A model generated the notes under the pieces. It was not told the DNA's origin. It made no database searches and saw only the letters and a list, made by a program, of their open reading frames with translations. Positions 28,849-41,000 of a stretch of 64,000 bases of DNA are shown here, piece by piece. The stretch comes from Candidatus Omnitrophota bacterium (lineage in GTDB: Bacteria > Omnitrophota > Gorgyraeia > Tantalellales > Tantalellaceae): assembly GCA_035403965.1 (NCBI GenBank), contig DAONGE010000005.1:11009-75008 (forward strand). The letters run 5' to 3'. A program made the translations under genes and the position numbers. How positions within the stretch are numbered: the first letter of the stretch is position 1; each line of letters opens with the position of its first letter.

Positions 28849-30112
28849 CACTCTTTTTGATGAAAAGAAAAAAATATATACCGTGACGGAATTGACACGG
28901 GATATAAAATCTGTCTTTGAAAGTGCGTTCCCGGCGGTATGGTTGGAAGGAGAGGTTTCTAATCTTCATTTGCAGCATTCGTCGGGGCACCAGTATTTTT
29001 CCCTTAAAGATGAGAATAGCATAATTAAATGTGTTTTTTTCAGGAATTCCAACGCGAAAGTGAAATTTCAGCTGGAAGACGGTATGCACATACTGTGTTT
29101 CGGCCGGATAAGTGTTTATGAGAAGCAGGGCCAGTACCAGTTGTATGTTGAGACCGCGGAGGTGCAGGGAAAAGGGGCGTTGCAGGTAGCGTTCGAACAG
29201 CTTAAATTAAAGCTTTACAAAGAAGGGTTGTTCGATGAAAGGCATAAAAGGCCTATCCCTCTTTTACCGGTTCGTATCGGGGTGGTAACATCTCCAACCG
29301 GAGCCGCTGTCAGGGATATCATAAAAGTCGCGTGTAAACGATTCTCGAACGTTGAGATAACGATATGTCCGGTCAAGGTCCAGGGGCCTGGCGCAAAAGA
29401 GGATATCGCGATGGCGATATTGGCGCTTAATGAGTACAACGAGTATCTTGAAGAGAACGGTTCTTTGGAACATAAAATAGATGTGATGATAGTTGGGCGC
29501 GGCGGAGGGAGTGTCGAGGACCTATGGGCTTTTAACGAGGAGGTCGTGGCTAGAGCTATATTCGATTCCACGATACCTGTTATAAGCGCGGTCGGGCATG
29601 AGATAGATTTTACGATATCTGATTTCGTGGCGGATGTGCGCGCGGCGACTCCGTCGGCGGCCGCGGAACTTGTTATTCCGGAAAAAGAAGTGCTTTTGGA
29701 TAGGATAGACGTTTCGCGTGAACGGCTTAACGTGGCGTTGCGCACTATGTTGGAAAATCTGAAAGAAAAGGTGGAGTCTCTCGCGGATAGTTATGTCCTC
29801 CGAGAACCGATTAATGTTATCACGCAGTTCTCTCAGGAGATAGACGATCTTGAAAAAAGACTTAACGTTTTTGCCGGGCATTCTCTTGATATGGCCGGTA
29901 GTCGCTTTATGAGGTCGGCGGAAAAGCTTGAGATGCTGAACCCTTTGGCCGTACTAAGACGGGGATACAGTATAACTTTTAAAGACGGTTGTCCCGTTAG
30001 AGACACCGGTATGTTGCGCGTGGGCGACAGTATTTTAACTAGATTCGGCGGCGGCGAAGCGGAAAGCCGTATAGAAAAAATTTCCGCTACGGGTACGGAC
30101 AAAAAGGAATAA
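28841..30112 (+). CDS. xseA: exodeoxyribonuclease VII large subunit
   Basis: OB-fold N-terminus and the XseA catalytic region. Start overlaps the ymdB stop. Confidence 0.9.
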   Translation: MTDTLFDEKKKIYTVTELTRDIKSVFESAFPAVWLEGEVSNLHLQHSSGHQYFSLKDENSIIKCVFFRNSNAKVKFQLEDGMHILCFGRISVYEKQGQYQLYVETAEVQGKGALQVAFEQLKLKLYKEGLFDERHKRPIPLLPVRIGVVTSPTGAAVRDIIKVACKRFSNVEITICPVKVQGPGAKEDIAMAILALNEYNEYLEENGSLEHKIDVMIVGRGGGSVEDLWAFNEEVVARAIFDSTIPVISAVGHEIDFTISDFVADVRAATPSAAAELVIPEKEVLLDRIDVSRERLNVALRTMLENLKEKVESLADSYVLREPINVITQFSQEIDDLEKRLNVFAGHSLDMAGSRFMRSAEKLEMLNPLAVLRRGYSITFKDGCPVRDTGMLRVGDSILTRFGGGEAESRIEKISATGTDKKE

Positions 30113-30126
30113 AGCCGGGGTGATAT

Positions 30127-30357
30127 ATGAAAGATATGGATTTTGAGAAGGCGCTTGAGAAACTTGAAAAGACAGTGGAAGAACTTGAGAGCGGAGAAGT
30201 ATCTCTCGATATGTCGCTTAAAAAATATGAAGAGGGAATAAAACTTGTCAGGCTTTGCCAGAAAAAGCTCAATGAGGCTAAACAGCGTGTCGAGCTTTTA
30301 ATGAAGGACGAAAAAGGACGTTTTTCCAAGATGGATTTTGAAGACGAGGAAAAATAA
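30127..30357 (+). CDS. xseB: exodeoxyribonuclease VII small subunit
   Basis: 76-aa coiled-coil, FEKALEKLEKTVEELESGEVSLD. Confidence 0.9.
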   Translation: MKDMDFEKALEKLEKTVEELESGEVSLDMSLKKYEEGIKLVRLCQKKLNEAKQRVELLMKDEKGRFSKMDFEDEEK

Positions 30358-30366
30358 CATAAGCGT

Positions 30367-32238
30367 ATGGATAAATTGTTAGATAATATAACATCTCCCG
30401 GAGATCTGAAGAAGTTAAGTCCGGAACAGCTTAGCCAGCTGGCTATGGAAGTGCGCGAACGAATAATTTACACTACCGCGCAAAAAGGCGGCCATTTGGC
30501 GGCGAGTCTTGGTGTGGTAGAGCTCGCGATAGCTTTGCATTACTGCCTGGACAGCCCGAAGGACAAAATAATATGGGATGTGGGACATCAGGCGTATGCG
30601 CATAAGATACTTACGGGCAGGAATAAAAATTTTGATACGTTGCGTGAAATGGGCGGTTTGAGCGGTTTTCCCAATAAGAACGAAAGTGAACACGATCCTT
30701 TTACTTCCGGGCATAGCGCTACTTCAATATCAAGCGCGCTGGGCATGGCCAAAGCCCGTGATCTTAAAGGGGAAACATATCGCGTTGTCGCCGTTATCGG
30801 TGACGCGTCGCTTTCTACGGGTCTTGCCTTCGAAGGGCTTAATCATGCGGGACATATGCGGACAAACCTGACTGTAGTGCTTAACGATAATACCCACGCT
30901 ATATCCAGGCCGGTCGGCGCGATGAGCAAATATCTTACAAAAGTTCTGACGAATCCGTTGTATAACAAAGTGAGGGACGAAGCCGAGAAAGTCGTAAAAA
31001 ATATCCCAAGGATCGGTCAAACTACGTTCGATGCGATAAAAAAATTCCAGGAGGGATTAAAGAACCTTCTTGTGCCGGGTATTCTTTTTGAGGAACTGGG
31101 TTTCAGATACATCGGTCCTATAGACGGACATGATTTTGACCAGCTCTTAAAGATCTTTAAGAATACTGCCGCGTTCAAGGAGCCGGTCATTATTCATGTT
31201 ATAACGAAAAAAGGAAAAGGATATAAATATGCCGAGGATGACCCCACGTCATATCACGGGGTTTTTCCGTTTGACGTTGAAACCGGTGCCGAGGTTCCGC
31301 GCGGTACAAGTAAACCTTTTACGTGGCATTTTGGTAAAAAAATGTTGAGTTTGGCGGAAAAAGATAAAAAAATACTGGCGATAACGGCTGCAATGAAAGA
31401 TGGTGTCGGGCTTGCCGAATTCGCGGAAAAGTTACCGAATCAGTTTTTCGACGTTGGGATAAACGAACCGCATGCCGTTACTTTTGCCGCGGGGCTCGCG
31501 AGAGGCGGATTCAAACCGGTCATTGCGGTATATTCAACGTTTCTTCAGAGATCGTACGATCAGATAATACACGACGTGTCTTTGCAGGATCTGCCTGTGA
31601 TATTTTGTGTTGATAGAGCCGGACTTGTCGGGAAGGACGGTCCAACGCATCATGGGATGTTCGATATTGCGTACTTCCGGCATGTGCCGCATTTTGTTAT
31701 AATGGCACCTAAGGATGGAGTTGAACTTGAGATGATGCTTGAAAAGGCTGTTCAGCTCGGGAAACCTGTGGCAATAAGGTATCCGCGTGATTACGCGAAA
31801 CAGAGAGTCGGTTTAACGGCCGCTTCATCTATAGAGTTGGGAAAGAGCGAGATTCTGCGCGACGGGAATGCGGTCACGATGGTCGCCGTCGGCAGTATGG
31901 TGAATACGGCACTTGATACCGCTGAGGTACTTTATCGTCAGGGAATACATGCCGCGGTTATAAACGCAAGGTTTATAAAACCGCTTGATTCTGATATGAT
32001 AATAAAAGCGGCGCAGCGTTCGGGAAAGATAGTTACGATGGAAGAAGGCGTGGTGAACGGCGGGTTTGGCGGCGCGGTGTTGGAAGCGCTTTCACGCGAA
32101 AATATCAAGAATGTCAGGGTTAGATGTCTGGGGCTTCCGGACGAGTTTATTGAACACGGCGCTAGGGAAGAACTGTTCAGAAAATATCACCTTACGCCGG
32201 ATGAGATAGCTATGACGATAAAGGCGGAGTTGTTTTAA
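30367..32238 (+). CDS. dxs: 1-deoxy-D-xylulose-5-phosphate synthase
   Basis: TPP-binding GDG…N motifs. Transketolase-like pyrimidine and C-terminal domains. 623 aa. Confidence 0.95.
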   Translation: MDKLLDNITSPGDLKKLSPEQLSQLAMEVRERIIYTTAQKGGHLAASLGVVELAIALHYCLDSPKDKIIWDVGHQAYAHKILTGRNKNFDTLREMGGLSGFPNKNESEHDPFTSGHSATSISSALGMAKARDLKGETYRVVAVIGDASLSTGLAFEGLNHAGHMRTNLTVVLNDNTHAISRPVGAMSKYLTKVLTNPLYNKVRDEAEKVVKNIPRIGQTTFDAIKKFQEGLKNLLVPGILFEELGFRYIGPIDGHDFDQLLKIFKNTAAFKEPVIIHVITKKGKGYKYAEDDPTSYHGVFPFDVETGAEVPRGTSKPFTWHFGKKMLSLAEKDKKILAITAAMKDGVGLAEFAEKLPNQFFDVGINEPHAVTFAAGLARGGFKPVIAVYSTFLQRSYDQIIHDVSLQDLPVIFCVDRAGLVGKDGPTHHGMFDIAYFRHVPHFVIMAPKDGVELEMMLEKAVQLGKPVAIRYPRDYAKQRVGLTAASSIELGKSEILRDGNAVTMVAVGSMVNTALDTAEVLYRQGIHAAVINARFIKPLDSDMIIKAAQRSGKIVTMEEGVVNGGFGGAVLEALSRENIKNVRVRCLGLPDEFIEHGAREELFRKYHLTPDEIAMTIKAELF

Positions 32239-32454
32239 ATGACAAAAAAAACAGTCAGGATCATAAGTGATAAATGTAAGGGATGTATGCTCTGTGCGGA
32301 GTTCTGCCCTAATAAAGCCATAGTGTTATCGCAGGCGATCAATCCAAAGGGCAACCGGTATGTGATACTGGAATTCCCCGATAAATGCACCGGCTGTGGG
32401 ATGTGTGCCGTTATGTGCCCCGATTGCGCGATAGAGATAGTATCCGGGAACTAG
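32239..32454 (+). CDS. 2-oxoacid:ferredoxin oxidoreductase delta subunit (2x[4Fe-4S] ferredoxin)
   Basis: Two CxxCxxCxxxCP motifs in 71 aa. First gene of a D-A-B-G set. Confidence 0.8.
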   Translation: MTKKTVRIISDKCKGCMLCAEFCPNKAIVLSQAINPKGNRYVILEFPDKCTGCGMCAVMCPDCAIEIVSGN

Positions 32455-32474
32455 TTGATTCGAGAGTGAAACAT

Positions 32475-33542
32475 ATGAAAAAGAAATATTTATGTACAGG
32501 GAATGAGGCATGTGGCGAAGGAGCTATGCGTGCCGGGTGCAGATTTTATGCCGGGTATCCGATCACGCCGCAGAACGAGCTTACTGCGTATATGTCGGTT
32601 CGCATGGATGAGGTAGGAGGAACATTTATTCAAGCGGAAAGCGAAGTCTCAGCAATAAACATGGTTTTTGGAGCGTCAGTGGCCGGGGCAAGAGCGATGA
32701 CAAGTTCGTCAAGCCCGGGAATAAGCTTAAAACAGGAAGGGATATCGTATATCGCGGCATGTGAATTGCCGGTGGTCATCGTAAACGTGATGCGTGGCGG
32801 TCCGGGACTCGGGAACATAATGGCGAGCCAGGCGGATTATTTCCAGGCCACAAAAGGTGGAGGTCACGGTGATTATCATTTGATAGTTCTCGCGCCGGCG
32901 AGTGTTCAGGAAATGTTCGATTTTACGTACGAAGCGTTCGCTTTAGCCGATAAGTACCGAAATCCTGTAATGATATTGGCTGACGGGACTTTGGGCCAGA
33001 TGATGGAGCCGCTTGAATTTGAAGAGAATATCCCGTTTTCTAAAGGTGTTTCGAAACCATGGGCTTTGACCGGGGCGAAAGGGCGGTCCGCGCAGCATGT
33101 GAAGAGCCTTATACTTGGTGGGAAAGATGAAACTTTGGAAGAACATAATCTGCATTTGCAGGAGAAGTATAGAAAGATCATTGAGAACGAAGTAAGAATA
33201 GAGACGGAAAATGTCGGCGGCGCTGAAATAATTTTGGTAGCTTATGGAGCGATGAGTCGTATCGGGTATTCGTGTGTCGAAGCCATGCGGGAGAAGGGGA
33301 AAAAAGTCGGGATGATGATCCCGAAAACATTGTGGCCATTCCCGTATGATGAGATCAGGGGGATAGCCGAAAAAAACAAGCATGTTAAGTTTCTTGTTGT
33401 AGAAATGAGCTCGGGGCAGATGGTTGAGGACGTGCGGTTAGCGGTACAAGATGATAAACGGGTGTTTTTTTATGGCAGGATGGGCGGCGGGATACCGACC
33501 GAGGACGCGATAGCTCGAGAGATCTTAAAGATCGCTAAGTAG
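32475..33542 (+). CDS. 2-oxoacid:ferredoxin oxidoreductase alpha subunit
   Basis: KorA/PorA-like (…GYPITPQNE…). Start taken at ATG 32475 after the delta-subunit stop. Confidence 0.8.
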   Translation: MKKKYLCTGNEACGEGAMRAGCRFYAGYPITPQNELTAYMSVRMDEVGGTFIQAESEVSAINMVFGASVAGARAMTSSSSPGISLKQEGISYIAACELPVVIVNVMRGGPGLGNIMASQADYFQATKGGGHGDYHLIVLAPASVQEMFDFTYEAFALADKYRNPVMILADGTLGQMMEPLEFEENIPFSKGVSKPWALTGAKGRSAQHVKSLILGGKDETLEEHNLHLQEKYRKIIENEVRIETENVGGAEIILVAYGAMSRIGYSCVEAMREKGKKVGMMIPKTLWPFPYDEIRGIAEKNKHVKFLVVEMSSGQMVEDVRLAVQDDKRVFFYGRMGGGIPTEDAIAREILKIAK

Positions 33543-33559
33543 CGAACAGTGGGAAATAT

Positions 33560-34303
33560 ATGAAAAAGATAGTGACAAGACCAGATTCTATGAAAGACGC
33601 CGATATGCATTATTGTGCCGGGTGCGGGCACGGGATAATTCACAGATTGGTGTGTGAGGTCATAGACGAACTGAAGATAAAAGAGACGACGGTCGCTGTC
33701 GCGCCGGTAGGTTGTGCGGTGCTTGCGTATGATTATTGGGGGTTTGACACCACTGAGGCGGCGCATGGCAGAACTCCGTCCGTGGCTACAGGTATAAAAA
33801 GAGTTCTTCCTGACAGACTGGTGTTTACTTATCAGGGGGACGGGGATCTGGCTGCGATAGGGACGGCCGAGATAATACACGCCGGGAACCGTGGAGAGAA
33901 TATTTCGGTTATATTCGTCAATAACGGGGTTTACGGTATGACCGGCGGGCAGATGGCCCCGACCACGCTTTTAGGCCAATCGACGATGACCACGCCGGGG
34001 CATAGAAAGGCCTCCCGCGACGGTTTCCCTATAAAAATAACCGAGATGATGGCGGTTCTGCCGGGTGTGGTCTATCTTGAAAGAACGACGGTGACGTCTC
34101 CTAAGGAAGTAATGAAAACAAAAAAAGCCATAAGAAAAATTTTTGATATACAGTTGGCTAAAAAAGGTTTTTCGATGGTCGAGGTCCTTTCCCCGTGCCC
34201 TACGTACTGGGGAATGTCTCCGATAGAGTCTATGAAAAGGATAGAGAACGAAGTTATAAAAGAATATCCGCTGGGGATAATAAAAGATACTGCCGCGATG
34301 TAG
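33560..34303 (+). CDS. 2-oxoacid:ferredoxin oxidoreductase beta subunit (TPP-binding)
   Basis: CAGCGHG…GDGD TPP-binding motifs. Confidence 0.85.
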   Translation: MKKIVTRPDSMKDADMHYCAGCGHGIIHRLVCEVIDELKIKETTVAVAPVGCAVLAYDYWGFDTTEAAHGRTPSVATGIKRVLPDRLVFTYQGDGDLAAIGTAEIIHAGNRGENISVIFVNNGVYGMTGGQMAPTTLLGQSTMTTPGHRKASRDGFPIKITEMMAVLPGVVYLERTTVTSPKEVMKTKKAIRKIFDIQLAKKGFSMVEVLSPCPTYWGMSPIESMKRIENEVIKEYPLGIIKDTAAM

Positions 34304-34310
34304 AACGCGG

Positions 34311-34875
34311 GATGAAAGATGATATGAAAAAGATAGATGAATCGGTTATATGCGCGGGTTTTGGCGGACAGGGCGTTATGGTGCTCGGTAAATATATCGC
34401 CAACGTTGGAATGGAACGCGGGCTTAACGTCACGTGGCTACCGGCCTATGGCATAGAAGTAAGGGGAGGTACGGCGCATTCCATGGTGCGTATCAGCTCC
34501 TCTAAAATTGGAAGCCCGATCCCTGAAAAGCCCACGGTTGCGATCATAATGAATACCCAGTCTTTGCAGAAGTTTGAGGGAGTGGTAAAGGAAGACGGTC
34601 TTATAATATTGAATTCATCAATGTGCGATAAGAGTTCAGATCGGAAAGATATCGACATCGTTTCAGCGCCTCTTACGGAGGATGCGATAAAACTCGGTAA
34701 CGTCAGAGTGGCAAATATGATCGCCGCCGGTATATTCGCCGCGCGTAGAGGTGTTTTCAGCAGGGAAGATATGATAAAGGTTATTGAACAGATGGCGGGG
34801 TATAAGAAAGAGATAGTTCAGATAAATATTAAAGCCGTTGAGATCGGTATGATGATCGGCGCTAAATGTAAGTAG
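34311..34875 (+). CDS. 2-oxoacid:ferredoxin oxidoreductase gamma subunit
   Basis: …ICAGFGGQGVMVLGK… gamma-subunit N-terminus. Start ambiguous (34311 or 34323). Confidence 0.75.
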
Positions 34876-34886
34876 AAAGGTGATAT

Positions 34887-36170
34887 ATGACTACAGTCCG
34901 TTTTGCTCCCAGTCCCACGGGATTTCTGCATTTGGGAAGCGCGCGTACGGCGCTTTTTAACTGGCTTTATGCCAGACATACGGGAGGGAAATTCATACTT
35001 CGTATAGAGGATACTGATCTTGTGAGATCGGACGCTAAGTTTTTAGCCGAGATCCTTGCCGATCTTAAGTGGATGGGGCTAGAATGGGACGCCGAACCGA
35101 TATTCCAGACGCATCGTTTTGAAGTATATCGCAAAGAGGCCGAAAAGTTGCTGAACGAAGGGAAGGCTTATCGCGAAGGGGAAGCTATCATATTTAGGGT
35201 CGAAAAAGGTAAAACCATCGAGCTTGACGATCTTATTCACGGGAAGATAATATTTAATACCGACGAGATAAAAGATCAGGTGATGATCAAATCCGATGGT
35301 TCTCCGGCGTACAATTTTTCATGCGTTGTGGATGATATGTTTCAGGGGATAACGCATATAATAAGGGGTGACGATCATGTCTCGAACACCCCGAAACAGG
35401 TGCTTTTTTATCATGCGTTCGGAAAAACTCTTCCGAGTTTTTGTCATATACCGCTTGTTATGGGTGCGGACGGGGCAAAGTTGTCAAAACGCCACGGCGC
35501 CGTGGCGGTAGAGGAATATAAAAAAGAGGGGATACTTCCGGAAGCCCTCGCGAACTATCTGATACTTTTGGGATGGTCACCTGGAGGGGATCGGGAGATC
35601 ATATCGCTTGAAGAGGCGGCTAAAATTTTTGATTTAAAAGATATGAACGGTGTTCAGGTAAGATTCGATACCGAAAAGCTGAAATGGATGAACAGCGAAT
35701 ATATAAAAACATATGATATAAATAAATTACTTCCTTTAATAAAGGAACATTTGATCTTTGCAGGGCTTGATCCGGAAAAACTTACGGAAGACAGGTTAAA
35801 AATGCTTATCGATATATATCGTGTCAGGATACGGACCTTGAATGAGTTTCCTAAACTTACAGAGTGTTTTTTTACTGACAGTTATTCTATTGAAGAAGAC
35901 GGCATGAAAAAATACCTTTCATCGGCAGATAACAAGGCGAATATAAAAGAGTTCGCTGAAAAGCTCGCCGGCGAATCAGATTTTTCTAAAGAGAATATCG
36001 AAAAAATATGCAGGGAAATATCGGCGGCGAGGAATCTTAAGGCCGCCCAGATAATACACCCGACAAGGATGGCTATAAGCGGCAAGACAAAAGGCGCTGG
36101 CTTGTTCGAGATGATGGAGCTTTTAGGTAAGGATCTGGTCATAAAACGTTTATTAAAATCAGCGGAATAG
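34887..36170 (+). CDS. gltX: glutamyl-tRNA synthetase (short, 427 aa)
   Basis: HIGH (PTGFLHLGSAR) and KLSKR (KMSKS-type) motifs. Confidence 0.9.
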   Translation: MTTVRFAPSPTGFLHLGSARTALFNWLYARHTGGKFILRIEDTDLVRSDAKFLAEILADLKWMGLEWDAEPIFQTHRFEVYRKEAEKLLNEGKAYREGEAIIFRVEKGKTIELDDLIHGKIIFNTDEIKDQVMIKSDGSPAYNFSCVVDDMFQGITHIIRGDDHVSNTPKQVLFYHAFGKTLPSFCHIPLVMGADGAKLSKRHGAVAVEEYKKEGILPEALANYLILLGWSPGGDREIISLEEAAKIFDLKDMNGVQVRFDTEKLKWMNSEYIKTYDINKLLPLIKEHLIFAGLDPEKLTEDRLKMLIDIYRVRIRTLNEFPKLTECFFTDSYSIEEDGMKKYLSSADNKANIKEFAEKLAGESDFSKENIEKICREISAARNLKAAQIIHPTRMAISGKTKGAGLFEMMELLGKDLVIKRLLKSAE

Positions 36171-36194
36171 TAATAGGGGTATTAAAAGAATTTT

Positions 36195-37886
36195 ATGGAA
36201 AAAGAAAAATTAAAAGCAATAACGAACTTTGTTCGTGAAATTATTGACAGTGATCTAAAAACCAATAAATATGACGGCCGCATAAATACGCGGTTCCCGC
36301 CCGAACCTAACGGATATTTGCATATCGGCCACGCGAAATCCATCTGTCTTAATTTTGGGATAGCGCGCGATTACAAAGGGTTGTGCAATCTGCGTATGGA
36401 CGATACGAATCCCGCTAAGGAAGAGGACGAATATGTCCAGTCAATAAAAGAGGACGTTAAATGGCTTGGTTTTACATGGGATGACCGATTGTATTATGCC
36501 TCCGATTATTTTGAGAAACTTTATGAATATGCCGTAGCGCTTGTTAAAAAAGGGAAGGCATATGTTTGCGATCTTACGGCTGACGAGATACGTGAATATA
36601 GAGGGACGCTTAAAGACCCAGGTAAAGAAAGTCCCAACAGGAACAGGCAGGTAGAGGAAAATTTGGATCTTTTTAGTCGTATGCGTGCCGGGGAATTCCC
36701 AGACGGATCAAAGGTTCTTAGGGCCAAAATTGACATGAACCATCCGAATGTAGTCATGCGGGATCCTGTTATGTACAGGATAAAAAGGGCCACACATCAT
36801 CGTACCGGTGACAAATGGTGTATATATCCGATGTATGATTTTGCCCACTGTTGTTCTGATTCGATCGAAAGGATAACACATTCGATATGTACGCTTGAAT
36901 TTGAAAATAACCGGCCTTTGTATGATTGGTTTTTGAACGAACTTGGGGTATATCATCCGCAGCAGATAGAATTCGCGCGTTTGAATCTCGGTCATACTAT
37001 TTTAAGTAAAAGAAAACTGCTTCAGCTTGTTGAAGAAAAACATGTTACGGGATGGGATGATCCCAGGATGCCTACCATATCCGGTTTTAGGCGCCGAGGG
37101 TATACGCCCGAGTCTATCCGTTCTTTCTGCGATGTTATAGGTGTTGCTAAGATGAACAGTACGGTAGAAATTAATGTCCTTGAGAATTCGATACGTGAAG
37201 AACTGAATAAGACCGCACCGCGAATAATGGCAGTTCTGAGGCCGCTGAAAGTCGTTATAACGAATTATCCCGAAGATAAAGTTGAAGAGCTTGACGCCGT
37301 TAATAACCCAGAAGACCCGGCTATGGGGACTAGGAAAGTAACATTTTCACGGGAGCTTTACATCGAAAAGGATGATTTTAGGCTAGATCCTCCGAAGGGA
37401 TTTTTTAGATTATTTCCAGGGAACGAAGTTCGTCTCAGGTACGGTTATTTTGTTAAATGCGTGGATGCAATTAAAGATCCGAAAACCGGAGAGGTTATAG
37501 AGGTGCATTGCACCTATGATCCGGCGACACGCGGAGGGGATTCCCCGGATGGACGAAAAGTGAAAGGTACCATACACTGGGTTTCTTTGAAGGGGGCTAC
37601 GGAGGTGCAGGTCAATCTGTATGATCACCTTTTTACTAAGCGTGATCCTGAAGATGTTGACGAGGGAAAAGATTACAGGTCTAATCTTAATCCTGCCTCG
37701 CTTGAAGTTCTGGCGACAGTGTATGCAGAAAGGGAGATAAAGAAAGCGATATACGGAGCACGGTACCAGTTCGAACGACTAGGATATTTTTTTATTGATC
37801 CTAAATCGCAGAAGCATGATAAACTGGTCATAAATCGCATTGTGTCGTTGCGTGATACCTGGGCAAAGATCGAGAAAAAACGGTAA
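36195..37886 (+). CDS. glnS: glutaminyl-tRNA synthetase
   Basis: HIGH ([10 protein letters not shown]), GlnRS-type catalytic core and C-terminal beta-barrel anticodon-binding domains. 563 aa. Confidence 0.9.
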   Translation: MEKEKLKAITNFVREIIDSDLKTNKYDGRINTRFPPEPNGYLHIGHAKSICLNFGIARDYKGLCNLRMDDTNPAKEEDEYVQSIKEDVKWLGFTWDDRLYYASDYFEKLYEYAVALVKKGKAYVCDLTADEIREYRGTLKDPGKESPNRNRQVEENLDLFSRMRAGEFPDGSKVLRAKIDMNHPNVVMRDPVMYRIKRATHHRTGDKWCIYPMYDFAHCCSDSIERITHSICTLEFENNRPLYDWFLNELGVYHPQQIEFARLNLGHTILSKRKLLQLVEEKHVTGWDDPRMPTISGFRRRGYTPESIRSFCDVIGVAKMNSTVEINVLENSIREELNKTAPRIMAVLRPLKVVITNYPEDKVEELDAVNNPEDPAMGTRKVTFSRELYIEKDDFRLDPPKGFFRLFPGNEVRLRYGYFVKCVDAIKDPKTGEVIEVHCTYDPATRGGDSPDGRKVKGTIHWVSLKGATEVQVNLYDHLFTKRDPEDVDEGKDYRSNLNPASLEVLATVYAEREIKKAIYGARYQFERLGYFFIDPKSQKHDKLVINRIVSLRDTWAKIEKKR

Positions 37887-38051
37887 TTCGTCCATCTTTC
37901 CAAATCTGAATAGATTTTCTTCTAAATTCCCAAGTTAGTATTTTAAAAAGTTGACTGCTCGCTTTTTATTGGGCATACTCAATACTGACGGGCAAGATAC
38001 CTCGCCAATTAATCTGATTGAAGTTAAGTGATCATAAAAAAGGGGAGTGTT

Positions 38052-41000
38052 ATGAAAAACTTATTAAAAAAATTTAGAGCCAGCAAAGTAACAAAAACAC
38101 TTGTTCTGATGTTGAGCTTTAACGTTGCAGTTTTTGGCATTCCTTTTGATTCTGCGCATGCCATTGATCCGGCGAACCAGTCGGATTACAAAACTATCCC
38201 CCAAAGTATGTCTGGCGGGACTTCACAATTGGAAGTCGTCCGGCAAAACTCGATAAGTGAAATACAAGGCAAAGTTAACACGACTACAACCCACGATACG
38301 ACATGGAAGAAAGAAACAATAAATGCCTCGACTGGAGTTAAAACAGTTTATATATACGCATCTGAGACTGACAAATCTAAAGGACGTTATTCTACGGTTA
38401 TGACATATCGTGCCGATGGTACGTTAAGCGCGGAGACGGGATATGTATATAACACCTATAATGGGACTCTGACCAGAAAAACAGATTATGGATTGACATA
38501 TGGTACGGACGGGAAAACGTTAACTGCTGCGTCAAAATATCAATACGATGAAAATGGGAAAACAAGTGTGTACGCAAAGATCACTTACAGCGCTACTAGC
38601 GGATACTCTAATATAAAGGTAACGGAATACAAATCTGGAACTTCTCTTGCAGAAAATTATTATGAATATAAACTCGACGGAACATTTGTGAAAAGGGATT
38701 ATTATGTCTACGATGCAAACAATAAAGTGAATTGGAAAATGACAGATGCGGCGTCATCTGCTGCGTATTCGCTCTATGAATATGATGTAACGACTGGAAA
38801 AAATATAAGGGTGTATACCTTTAATAAATCAGATGGGGTGCGTACAAAAGAAACAGGATATCTCTGGTATACAAATACAACGACGGCAAAAACCTCCCAA
38901 CTTACAGCGTACAGCATAACCTATAACACGGATGGTAGTACTATAAAAACGGCGGAGTATAGAACATACAGTGAAGGCGTGCTTGTTACAAAGATTGTGG
39001 ATACTGCATCTACGAATCTAAGACAGGAATATCAATATACAGGTGGCGTACGTTTAACGCTTTACCGTACCTATACCTCGGGTGTACTTACGGCAGAAGC
39101 GGCATATACTTACGTGGCGTCGGTGAATAAGGATTTACAGACAAGGGTTTCATCATACAATAGTAGTGGGTGCATTTATAAAGAAACGTGCTATGAGTAT
39201 TATGATACCGGTAAGACGAAAACGGTTATTAAAGATACGCGATCCAATGACGGGAAAATATTGTTGTCTCGATCGATCAGTAATTATAATACTGCCGGGA
39301 CTATAGTTCTTAGCATTGAGGCATATGCATATACATCGGCAGGAGTTTTAAGCACTTATGCGTTCACACAAAATGATGAAGCCGGGAAGAAGATAACCAC
39401 CACAAAATCATATTATTCAAACGGGAAATATGTTTATAAAGAGTATACTTACGTATATTGCAGCGGGACAAACATATTAAGTACGTTGACCACGGATTCA
39501 AAAAATTCCTCCGGAGTGATTTTATCAAGATCCATAGCTACATACGACAGCACCGGGAAGATAGTTCTTACTTCTGAGGTGTTTACGTATTCTTCTGGAG
39601 TATTAACTTCTCACGTTTTGACGAATTATGATACAACAGGGAAGACGGTGGTTTTTAGCCAAACAGAGGTATACAGTAATGGAATTATACAAAGCTCCGT
39701 TATCACTCGATTAGAATCAGCAGTAAAAGAGATTTATACCTATACAGCGGGAGTCCTGACAAGTATGACGCAGTATAACTTAGCCGGTACCGTTCTGCAA
39801 CAAATGACTGTGTACTTACGAATAAACGGTTTAGATAAGGTTACAGATATAACATGTTATGATACAAATGGGAACGTTGTGGGAAAGACGGATTATGATT
39901 ATTATGATTCGGCTGTAGCAAAAACACAAGCGACGTATGATTTTACCAATTTAACATATAGCTATGTATCGTATGCTGAAGATGGGACTATTCTCAAAAA
40001 TGTTTCTAATGCCATAGCGCTTTCGGAATGGAACGCTACTAAGTCTGATATAAGCACATTGGGTTTTAACGGGTATTTGAAGAACGGTGAAGTCGGCTGG
40101 TATACAAATCAGTCTGGATATGTGAAACAATATATAAAAGTTTTAGCCGATGGTGTTTATCAGGTTAGTTTTCGCGCCGAAGGTGTGGCTTTGGATGGAG
40201 TATATCCTCTTATTTCGGTGAGTGTTGATGGGCTTGGGGTGGAGATAGCAAATGTTAATAGTTCAGAACCAGGGCTGTATACGGTAACATTAAATCTTGC
40301 AGAAGGAATACATTCTGTTGGGCTTGATTTTGTGAATGCCACTGCAAAACAGACAGATCCGTCAGGCGCGTCCGAATATTTATGGCGGAGTGTTACGATA
40401 GGAGACATTTCCATAGACAATACGGTGGCGGGGGCGATGCCTGTGATCCTATGCGAAGATTCGGAGTGGGAAGAATATGAGTCTGCTAAGGAGGAAGAAG
40501 TACTTGCAGAGGCAGAAGAGAATATCGTCGCTTCGAAAACGGACGCTACCGTGACTATAGTTGACGAGTCGGGAAATGTCATAGAGGGGGCTCAGGTGAC
40601 GATTGAAGAAACAGAGTCGGATTTCGTATTTGGGACAAACTATATGTGGATAGAAAAATTTGATACTTTTGAGGAAAATTTAGAATACAACCTGGCCTTG
40701 ATCGATGAAATAGCGGCTATATCCAATCAGGCTACGGTTCCGTTATTTTGGAGCTTTCTGGCGCCGCAAGCTGTTTTGGATGGAGATGGCAATGTACAAG
40801 ATATCAGTTTATCCACGGATGCTATTGCTTCTTTAGATCTTCAGCTTGGATTATTAGCACAAAAGGGAATAACAGATATTAATGGTGCGACTCTGGTCTG
40901 GGAGAACAGTGATTTTATGCCGCAGACTTGGTTGGCTGGACTTTCTAATGAGCAGAAAAAAATGGCATTAAAATTATATATACAGAAAATTATAAAGATG

